In this document: positions 50,046 through 57,945 of the stretch, one piece after another
Position numbering within the stretch: position 1 is the stretch's first letter
Layout: each line of letters starts with the position of its first letter
Assembly: GCA_001794755.1 (NCBI GenBank)
Contig: MGKT01000002.1
Span: forward strand, 1 to 63,129
Reading direction: 5' to 3'
Length of the DNA: 63,129 nt
DNA from: Candidatus Yanofskybacteria bacterium RIFCSPLOWO2_02_FULL_44_18
GTDB taxonomy: Bacteria; Patescibacteriota; Minisyncoccia; 2-02-FULL-40-12; GWA2-44-9
Notes under the pieces: model-generated
The model's database searches: none
Seen by the model: only the letters and a program-made list of their open reading frames with translations
What the model was told of the DNA's origin: nothing
Translations under genes and position numbers: made by a program

Positions 50046-50977
50046 GAGAAATCACGTGTCCAAGTAGTAATATTTGGAGCGAGCCAAATATATTTCTTTA
50101 TGTTAAAATTAAAGAAATATATACTCTAGCTTATATCGGTAGAACCCATGAAAATTAACCCCTTTCACGGGCAGTACCGAGGGAAGATTAGCTAGGAATT
50201 AATGCTTACGAGAGAAGAAAAGAATATTTTAGTCGGTTCACTTCTCGGAGATGGATGTTTAAGAATAATGCAGAAATGCAAAGTTCCAGCATTCTCAGTT
50301 TCTCATAGTGAAGTTCAGAAAGACTACGTTTTTTGGAAGTATGAGAAATTAAAACGGTGGGTTAAAAATCCGCCGTGGCGAGAAGAGAGAATCTACCACA
50401 AAGATAAAAGTAGAAAAACTTTTTCTTGGAGATTTCAAACTTTAAGCAATGAAGTATTTTCTGATTTGTATCAAACTTTCTATGAAAATGGAAAGAAAAT
50501 TATACCGGAAAATATAGAATTTCTGCTTAAAGATTCACCATTGATATTGGCTGTATGGCTAATGGACGATGGGAATAAAAATCATCAAGCGGTTTTTCTT
50601 AACACCCAATCATTCTCTCTGAGTGAGCAACAGAAGCTATGCCAGGTGTTGCATAAAATCTATGGATTTGATGCGAATATAAACAAACATAGTAAAAGCA
50701 ATGGAGTAGAACTGTATAGAATTAGAATAAATACCGAGAGCACACGAAAATTAAAAACCGTTGTGAAGAATTATTTATTACCACTGTTTTACTATAAAAT
50801 TCCTGACTTTTCCCCGTAACGACTTGTGAGTTTAGCTCACAGATAGTAAGTGAGGAGACTCCTTCGACTGAAGGAATCAAAGGCTTACTATAAAACGCTG
50901 GTACCCGAACCGAGCTTAGCTCGGAGGGTAGAGATATAGTCTGTGCCCCTAGTGATAGGGGAAGAATAAAAAACACG
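50046..50977 (+). mobile_element. Group I intron 2 at about position 2575 with homing endonuclease gene (junction ambiguous by up to 3 nt)
   Basis: Splits CTACGC/GAGCTGGG; R (CCGTAACGACT) and S (GAGATATAGTCT) elements. Confidence 0.9.
50202..50819 (+). CDS. LAGLIDADG homing endonuclease (intron 2)
   Basis: LVGSLLGDGCL and LAVWLMDDG motifs. Confidence 0.93.
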   Translation: MLTREEKNILVGSLLGDGCLRIMQKCKVPAFSVSHSEVQKDYVFWKYEKLKRWVKNPPWREERIYHKDKSRKTFSWRFQTLSNEVFSDLYQTFYENGKKIIPENIEFLLKDSPLILAVWLMDDGNKNHQAVFLNTQSFSLSEQQKLCQVLHKIYGFDANINKHSKSNGVELYRIRINTESTRKLKTVVKNYLLPLFYYKIPDFSP

Positions 50978-51206
50978 GAGCTGGGTTCAAACCGTCGTGA
51001 GACAGGTTGGTCCATATCTGGTGCGGGCGTTGATACTTGAGAGGAGTTGTCCCTAGTAAATAATTGCTACTTCGCGAAGTAATTCGCGATGACAATTCGG
51101 CTAATAACGGTGGATGCTCTTGTTTGCCATGCAATTCGGTCCGAAAAGCATGAATTAAAACTGCCAAGAGTTAATACCGTGGGAAGTCACCCGCTCAAAT
51201 TTTTGG

Positions 51207-51234
51207 AAAAAAAATGGCACAACCGAAGTTGTGC
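51207..51234 (-). terminator. Antisense-strand intrinsic terminator inside intron 3
   Basis: Minus strand reads GCACAAC-TTCG-GTTGTGC-CA-T8. Confidence 0.8.
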
Positions 51235-51257
51235 ATAGAACTGATGTTGGGTTTAAC

Positions 51258-51509
51258 TTAATAGTAATGAGCGGTATCGGCAGTAGGTTCAACAAATGCT
51301 TTGTACAAGTATGTTCCATCCACACGACCTACCTCATCTCGTATTTCGCCTTGGAGTGTGAAATCTCCAGAGAGACGATAGTTTCGGCCCTTGAACGGAC
51401 CGTACTTCATGGATACGACCCGACCATGTAAGGGGACCGTATCGAGGCAAATCTGTCCGACATAACAGAGGGGTTCTCGAGTGTACAGATAGATTATAGC
51501 AGTTATCAT
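51258..51509 (-). CDS. 83-aa orphan protein encoded antisense within intron 3
   Basis: SD GGGGAGG 5 nt before ATG; consensus promoter upstream; terminator downstream. Confidence 0.65.
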   Translation of the reverse strand: MITAIIYLYTREPLCYVGQICLDTVPLHGRVVSMKYGPFKGRNYRLSGDFTLQGEIRDEVGRVDGTYLYKAFVEPTADTAHYY

Positions 51510-51539
51510 GATTGCCTCCCCTGAGATACCAACTTAAAA

Positions 51540-51568
51540 AGCATAACGATTTATTTTATAAATGTCAA
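51540..51568 (-). promoter_or_regulatory. Antisense sigma70 promoter inside intron 3
   Basis: TTGACA - 17 bp - TATGCT on the minus strand. Confidence 0.7.
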
Positions 51569-52075
51569 GATTAAACTTGACTCCAAAAATTTGAGCGTGG
51601 TTGACCCCGTAACGACTTGGCCCATCATTTATTGATGGCCGGATGGAAATCTTTTCAGCTTCCATAATATGCCGATCCCCGATTCGCCTTTTGCTGGGCT
51701 TGCTATGAGCGAGCATAGCGAGTCGAAGGGGAAAGATATAGTCTGCACTTCTAGTGATAGGAGATTATGTGACGAGAGGACCGGGATGAACGAACCTCTG
51801 GTCTACGAGCTGTCCTGCCAAGGGCATTGCTCGGTAGCTATGTTCGGTTCTGATAAGCGCTGAAAGCATATAAGCGCGAAGCAGGCCTCAAGATTAGGTA
51901 TCGTAGATCCGCAGTAGACTACTGCGTTAATAGGACTCAGGTGTAAGCACAGTAATGTGTTGAGCCGAGAGCCACTAATAGATCATCTTTAATGAGTCCA
52001 TAGAGACTGAATGCTTATTTTGATTCCTTATAAAGTTTAATTTCGAGTGCGATTGCGTTCGCCGTCGCGGTGAGC

Positions 52076-52216
52076 GTAGGGTAGCTATACTGAGAGTGCT
52101 CCACCTGATCCCATTCCGAACTCAGAAGTGAAATCTCTCGAGGCCCATGATACCCAGCACCATTTTCACAATCAGATTGCGGAAATGGTGCTGGGGAAAG
52201 TAGGTAGCTGCCTTAC
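52076..52216 (+). rRNA. rrf: 5S rRNA with extended helix IV
   Basis: CCACCTGATCCCATTCCGAACTCAGAAGTGAAA core; terminal helix GTAGGGTAGCT/AGCTGCCTTAC; 141 nt. Confidence 0.92.
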
Positions 52217-52266
52217 CCTCATCGGGACGGTTTTTCGTTTTCATGTTTAAGATATATAATATTTAA

Positions 52267-53079
52267 ATGGGGCGTTTTCTGAAACAGATTGTCTTCGGGC
52301 TTGTGTATCTGGTAATTTTTTTGGCTGTCGGTTATGGCATATATTATTCATCAATAGACAGGCCTTCGTGCGGCGATGGCATTCAAAACGGCAAAGAGGA
52401 GGGAATCGATTGCGGAACATTGGCTTGCGCTAAAACGTGCGAAGAAGCGATAAAACCGTTAGTGGTCAATAATATTAATTTCCATTCCAGCATTGAGCCC
52501 GAAGCTATATATGAGATATTGATTGAAATTAACAATCCCAATCCGCAGTATGCCGTAAAATCAGGCGTATACGAACTGGCAATCACTGATGTCAACGGAA
52601 GCGTGGTCAAGAAAAGAGAGTACAGCATTTATATGCTTCCCGGCCAGACGAGATATTTCGGACATATCGAAGACATTGATGTCGGCCTGGTCGGTGAGAA
52701 AGCCGATGTGAAGATAAAATCCGTTGATTGGGTGAAAAGCGGCGATTTTCCGAGCGGCGTATTTATAACAAAAAGAGAATCATTGCCCGTTAACGGCCAG
52801 ACGTTTTATGAAGCAGTCATAACCAATAATTCCGATTATGATTTTGATAATGTTGACGTGATTGTATTTGTTTCGGATAATGCCGGTGATTTCGTGTCTG
52901 TTAATACGACCAATCTTCAGACGTTTCTGGCCAAAACAGACAGATCGATTAAGGTTGATTGGCCGTACTCATTCTCATCGGGATACAGATTTGAAATTCA
53001 AGTTACGACCAATATTTTCGATAACGCCAATTACATTAAAAGCCATGGCACTCAAGAACAATTTCAAAAATACTATTAG
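52267..53079 (+). CDS. Membrane-anchored hypothetical protein with Cys-rich C.DG..N..EEG.DCG motif
   Basis: N-terminal TM; SCGDGIQNGKEEGIDCGTLAC; beta-rich C-terminus. Confidence 0.8.
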   Translation: MGRFLKQIVFGLVYLVIFLAVGYGIYYSSIDRPSCGDGIQNGKEEGIDCGTLACAKTCEEAIKPLVVNNINFHSSIEPEAIYEILIEINNPNPQYAVKSGVYELAITDVNGSVVKKREYSIYMLPGQTRYFGHIEDIDVGLVGEKADVKIKSVDWVKSGDFPSGVFITKRESLPVNGQTFYEAVITNNSDYDFDNVDVIVFVSDNAGDFVSVNTTNLQTFLAKTDRSIKVDWPYSFSSGYRFEIQVTTNIFDNANYIKSHGTQEQFQKYY

Positions 53080-54151
53080 ACAATACTCGCGAGCAATTGA
53101 CATGCCTCTTTTTGCCACGACAGTGGCAATTTCTTTTTTCGGAGTCATCAACATGTTCGGCATCGCCGGCTGGGAAGGACCCTTTTTTGAAAAACAACTC
53201 ATCCTGGTATTAATCGGGATTGCCGTCATGATTCTCTTTTCCTTTTTTAATTTCAGGTATTTTAAAAATTCTTCAATTCTGGTATTCGCTTTGTACATCT
53301 TTTCATTACTGCTCTTGGCATTTCCTTCTTTTTTTCAATCAATCCGGGGCGTTAACTCCTGGATAATCATCGGAAATTTCACTCTGGAACCGTCGGAGCT
53401 TATGAAGCTGGCTTTTATCATTGTAATGGCGAAGTATTTTTCCCAGAGGCATATCCACATTCATCAGTTCAGGCATATTTTCGTTTCCGGAATATACTAC
53501 GCGGTACCGGCAGCCATGATTATCAGCCAGCCGGACCTGGGATCGGCCATAATATTCACTCTAATCTGGTTCGGCATGCTTATCGCTTCGGGAATAAATA
53601 AGAAACAGCTTGGAATACTGGCCGCGGTGGGTTTGTGCATTTTAATCATCGGCTGGGTGTTTGTTTTGAAGCCTTATCAGAAAAGCCGAATCATTTCTTT
53701 TCTTGATCCGTACGGAGATCCGAAAGGAACGGGCTATAATCTGATTCAATCCAAAATCGCCATCGGCAACGGGTATATTTGGGGGGAAGGACTGGGAAGG
53801 GGATCACAAACGAATTTAGGCTTTCTACCAGAACCCAAAAATGATTTTGTCTTTTCAGCCGTTGCGGAACAATTCGGATTGTTGGGGATAACGGGAATAC
53901 TGGCGGCGATAGCCCACATCATTTCTCGAATCCTAAATGTGGGCTTGCGAGCCGGCAGTAATTTCGGCAAATTATTTTCCATCGGCATGGCCATATTCAT
54001 ATTCGCTCATGCTTTTGTCGGGGCGGGCGTAAACGTCGGCCTGCTGCCCGTGACGGGTATTCCTTTCCCGTTTCTGTCGTACGGCGGAAGCAATTTAATT
54101 TCGATTATGATCGGTTTGGGAATTATCCAGAGTATTAAGAGGTACTCGTAG
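53045..54151 (+). CDS. rodA: SEDS family peptidoglycan glycosyltransferase (RodA/FtsW)
   Basis: G.NSWI....LEPSEL.K, QPDLGSA, GYNL.QS.IAIG.G, LPE..NDF.F, TGIP.PF.SYGGS. Confidence 0.9.
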   Translation: MALKNNFKNTIRQYSRAIDMPLFATTVAISFFGVINMFGIAGWEGPFFEKQLILVLIGIAVMILFSFFNFRYFKNSSILVFALYIFSLLLLAFPSFFQSIRGVNSWIIIGNFTLEPSELMKLAFIIVMAKYFSQRHIHIHQFRHIFVSGIYYAVPAAMIISQPDLGSAIIFTLIWFGMLIASGINKKQLGILAAVGLCILIIGWVFVLKPYQKSRIISFLDPYGDPKGTGYNLIQSKIAIGNGYIWGEGLGRGSQTNLGFLPEPKNDFVFSAVAEQFGLLGITGILAAIAHIISRILNVGLRAGSNFGKLFSIGMAIFIFAHAFVGAGVNVGLLPVTGIPFPFLSYGGSNLISIMIGLGIIQSIKRYS

Positions 54152-54201
54152 GATAGCAGGCGTTTATTGCTATATTTTTGACAATGCCCTAGTATATACT
54201 G

Positions 54202-54462
54202 ATGGATTTGGTAATAACTCTCGGTAAAGAAAATAAAGTTATTCTGGAGCTGCGCAACAAAAAGGGACTGATTGACCGGCTTCAAATTGAACCCCATCTT
54301 CATTTGGACTCCATCTTGATTTCCTCTGTTGACAAATTTTTTAAAAGGAATAAGATAAAGGCAGAGTTTATTGACAACGTAAAAGTCAAGGGGATAGCCA
54401 GTCCGACAAGCTCAAGCCATAGAATCATCCAGACTTTCGCCCAAGCTCTAAAAAGCCAGTAA
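54202..54462 (+). CDS. Short TsaB(YeaZ) N-terminal-like protein
   Basis: L...VD......I....ID.V.V.G...S.RI....A.AL pattern; degenerate and only 86 aa. Confidence 0.45.
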   Translation: MDLVITLGKENKVILELRNKKGLIDRLQIEPHLHLDSILISSVDKFFKRNKIKAEFIDNVKVKGIASPTSSSHRIIQTFAQALKSQ

Positions 54463-54635
54463 TTTCAATAGGTTTTTATATACCCGCACCGCACGTTTCA
54501 CTGTTGGTATTTGAAAGCTAATTGAGGAGAGATCAATTTGGGTCCAATAAATAAACGATGAATTAGATGAAATCGTTAAACACGGGAGTCTGTGCCTGTG
54601 TTTTTGTCGTCGTGTCTGGGCATATATTTACATAA

Positions 54636-57600
54636 ATGGCAAGAAAAATATTTTCAAAATACAGTGTTGATACATTTGAAGCGCCGAATTTAGTTCAGGT
54701 TCAACTCGACTCATACAGATGGTTTACAGAAGTCGGTCTCAAAGAACTCTTAAAAGAAGTTTCTCCAATCACGGACTGGACCGGCAAAGAACTGGAATTG
54801 AGCTTCATTGATTTCCATTTAGACGAACCCAAATACGACGAAAGAACTTCGATAGAAAAAAACATAACGCACGAAGCTCCTCTAAAAGTAAAAGTCGGAT
54901 TGAGGAACAAAAAGACCGACCAGTACCGGGAACAAGAATTATTCTTGGCTGATTTTCCCTTAATGACGCCTCGGGGCACGTTCATAATCAATGGCGTCGA
55001 GCGTGTCGTCATTTCCCAGCTTATTCGAAGTCCTGGCGCCTTTTTTTCCATGTCCCGCTCCAGCCGTTACAAGCGATTTTTTGGCGCTAAATTAATTCCG
55101 TCCCGCGGCGCTTGGCTTGAATTCGAAACGGAATTTAACGGCGTCATTTCGGTTCGCATAGACCGCAAAAGAAAGATTCCGGCCTCCGCCCTGTTAAGAG
55201 CCTTCGGTTTGACAACCGATGATGAAATTAAGAAAAGATTTGAAGACGTCGATACCGACGCGAACATGAAATATATCCTGGCGACGATATTGCAAGATCC
55301 TTCTTCAAATGAAGCTGAAGGTCTCATTGAATTATATAAAAGAATAAGACCGGGCGATCCGGCGACACCGGACAACGCCAAGCAGATGATTCACAACTTA
55401 TTCTTCAATGCAGCCCGATACGATTTGTCTAAAGTCGGGCGGTTTAGAATGAATAAGCGGTTTGAAGAAGATTTGGATATCGATGAGCCCAAAAACAGAG
55501 TCTTGAGGCTTGACGACGTGGTTCACATATTAAGGGAAATTATCAAATTAAATAATGACCCCAACTCAACGGCGGACAGCATCGATCATTTGGGCAATCG
55601 CCGCGTGAAAACTTTGGGTGAACTCCTGCAGGACCGATTAAGAATATCCTTTGCCAGAATGGAAAGAATAATTAAAGACAGGATGAGCACTCTTGATATC
55701 GCCACCGTTTTACCTTCCCAACTAATAAATTCCAGGCCATTTGTGGCGGCTTTGAAAGAATTTTTCGCTTCGGGCCAACTGTCTCAATTCATGGATCAAG
55801 AGAATCCGCTTTCTGAACTTGAACACAAGAGAAGGCTGTCGGCTCTTGGCCCCGGCGGATTAACCCGAGAAAGGGCCAGCTTTGACGTCAGAGACGTCCA
55901 TCCTTCCCACTACGGCCGCATTTGTCCTATTCAAACTCCGGAAGGGCCGAACATTGGTCTGGTAGGACACCTTTCTTTGTATGCCAAGATTTCCCCTCTC
56001 GGTTTCATATTGACTCCATACCGCAAGGTTGTTAAGGGAAAAGTAAATGATGATGTCACGTACATGGATGCGACTGAAGAGCAAAGATACATCATTGCTC
56101 AAGCCGGCGCCGAGACTGACAAAAATGGAAAACTCGTGGGTCATGAACTGGAAGCCCGCATTTACGGCGAACCGGGCACGGCTGAACCGGAAGAAATTGA
56201 ATATATTGATGTTTCTCCGCGCCAGCAATTTTCTGTGGCGACATCTCTAATTCCATTTTTGGAACATGATGACGCCAACCGAGCATTGATGGGATCGAAC
56301 ATGCAAAGACAAGCCGTGCCTTTGGTTACCCCTGAAGCGCCATATATCGGTACGGGCCTGGAAGGCAAAGTGGCTAGAGATTCAGGACTGGTTCTTCTGG
56401 CTCCGGAATCGGGAGTCATAAAAGAATGCGACGCCTCAAAAATCATATTGGAAACCGACAAAAAGAAGCACGAGTTCAAGCTCATGAAATTCGTGAGATC
56501 GAATAAATTTACATGCATTAACCAAAGACCGGTCGTTAAAAAGGGCGACAAAGTTAAAAAGGGCGATGTCTTGGCTGACGGCCCGTCGACTGACGGCGGC
56601 GAACTTTCCCTCGGCCGCAATCTTTTAATGGCTTTCATGTCCTGGGAGGGATGTAATTTTGAAGACGCCATCGTATTGTCCGAACGTCTTGTCCGGGAAG
56701 ACGTATTTTCATCAATACACATTGAAGACTATTCAACAGATGTCAGAGAAACAAAGCTCGGTCCTGAGCTGACCACGTATGACATTCCCAACGTCGCCAT
56801 GGAAAGACTGAACGATCTCGATCCAGACGGCGTTGTTCGGGTCGGGGCCGAAGTCCGATCACAGGATATTCTAGTGGGAAAAATTTCTCCTAAAGGCGAA
56901 AGTGATCTTACCGCCGAAGAGAGGCTGCTTAGGGCTATATTCGGAGAAAAATCCCGTGATGTAAAAGATACGTCTTTAAGATTGGATTACGGCAAGCAGG
57001 GACGCGTTGTCGGCGTCAAAACTTTTTCCCGCGAAGAGGGGGACAAGCTTGATGTCGGCGTAATAAAAAGAATACAGGTATCCGTGGCCCAATTAAGAAA
57101 AATACAAGTCGGAGACAAAATGGCCGGCCGGCACGGCAACAAAGGAGTCGTGTCTATCGTTCTGCCCGAACAGGATATGCCTTTTCTGTCCGATGGAACA
57201 CCGGTTGATATTGTTTTAAGCCCTCTCGGTATTATTTCTCGCATGAATATCGGCCAGGTTCTTGAGGCCCATTTGGGTTTAGCGGCTCGGAAACTGGGAT
57301 ACAAAGCCGCTACCCCGGCCATGGCCGGACCGACGGAGAAGGATATAAAGGAAGAACTCAACAAAGCCGGTTTTCCTGAAAATGGAAAAATGCAGCTGTA
57401 TGACGGCCGCACCGGTTTGCCTTTCGACCAGAAATCATTTGTCGGAGTTACATATTTCTTGAAACTGATTCATATGGTTGAAGATAAAATCCACATGCGC
57501 TCAATCGGGCCATACTCGCTTATTACCCAGCAGCCGTTGGGCGGCAAAGCCCAATTCGGCGGCCAGAGATTCGGTGAAATGGAAGTTTGGGCACTGGAAG

Positions 57601-57791
57601 GATACGGCGCGGCGGCGACATTGCAGGAAATGCTGACCATTAAATCGGATGATGTTTTAGGGCGGGCCAAGACATACGAGTCAATTGTCAACGGGGAAGA
57701 AATAAGGGCGCCCCATCTGCCCGAATCGTTTAAAGTTCTGCTTTCGGAAATCAAGGGATTGGGGTTAAATGTGGAGCTGATTGAAAGATGA
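54636..57791 (+). CDS. rpoB: DNA-directed RNA polymerase subunit beta
   Basis: NGVERV..SQL.RSPG, TPEGPNIGL, GSNMQRQAVP, GDKMAGRHGNKG, GQRFGEMEVWALE. Confidence 0.99.
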   Translation: MARKIFSKYSVDTFEAPNLVQVQLDSYRWFTEVGLKELLKEVSPITDWTGKELELSFIDFHLDEPKYDERTSIEKNITHEAPLKVKVGLRNKKTDQYREQELFLADFPLMTPRGTFIINGVERVVISQLIRSPGAFFSMSRSSRYKRFFGAKLIPSRGAWLEFETEFNGVISVRIDRKRKIPASALLRAFGLTTDDEIKKRFEDVDTDANMKYILATILQDPSSNEAEGLIELYKRIRPGDPATPDNAKQMIHNLFFNAARYDLSKVGRFRMNKRFEEDLDIDEPKNRVLRLDDVVHILREIIKLNNDPNSTADSIDHLGNRRVKTLGELLQDRLRISFARMERIIKDRMSTLDIATVLPSQLINSRPFVAALKEFFASGQLSQFMDQENPLSELEHKRRLSALGPGGLTRERASFDVRDVHPSHYGRICPIQTPEGPNIGLVGHLSLYAKISPLGFILTPYRKVVKGKVNDDVTYMDATEEQRYIIAQAGAETDKNGKLVGHELEARIYGEPGTAEPEEIEYIDVSPRQQFSVATSLIPFLEHDDANRALMGSNMQRQAVPLVTPEAPYIGTGLEGKVARDSGLVLLAPESGVIKECDASKIILETDKKKHEFKLMKFVRSNKFTCINQRPVVKKGDKVKKGDVLADGPSTDGGELSLGRNLLMAFMSWEGCNFEDAIVLSERLVREDVFSSIHIEDYSTDVRETKLGPELTTYDIPNVAMERLNDLDPDGVVRVGAEVRSQDILVGKISPKGESDLTAEERLLRAIFGEKSRDVKDTSLRLDYGKQGRVVGVKTFSREEGDKLDVGVIKRIQVSVAQLRKIQVGDKMAGRHGNKGVVSIVLPEQDMPFLSDGTPVDIVLSPLGIISRMNIGQVLEAHLGLAARKLGYKAATPAMAGPTEKDIKEELNKAGFPENGKMQLYDGRTGLPFDQKSFVGVTYFLKLIHMVEDKIHMRSIGPYSLITQQPLGGKAQFGGQRFGEMEVWALEGYGAAATLQEMLTIKSDDVLGRAKTYESIVNGEEIRAPHLPESFKVLLSEIKGLGLNVELIER

Positions 57792-57795
57792 TTAT

Positions 57796-57899
57796 GACAA
57801 ATCTGACGATATCAGCGGGCCGGAAAAATTCTGACTGAATTTTTCCTAGGCTTCGCGCCAGTCGCGCTGCAGATTCCCGCTGATACCGTCAGGTTTGTC
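57796..57899. other. Structured palindromic element between rpoB and rpoC
   Basis: Long outer stem GACAAATCTGACG..ATCAGCGGG / CCCGCTGAT..CGTCAGGTTTGTC enclosing two hairpins. Confidence 0.75.
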
Positions 57900-57945
57900 G
57901 AATATTGTTGTTAATCTTAAACCATCGAGATTCATTAATTAAAAT

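Larger units (their letters stand above)
51058..51771 (+). mobile_element. Group I intron 3 in the sarcin-ricin loop (after about U2656), no homing endonuclease
   Basis: Splits CTAGT/ACGAGAGGACC; P1 TAGT-AA/TT-GCTA with U.G pair; R and S elements; ends in G. Confidence 0.9.

Noticed and set aside
51231-51431. 66-aa sense-strand ORF in intron 3
   Set aside because: It has a TTG/GTG-type start without SD and overlaps the antisense ORF, which has promoter, SD and terminator.
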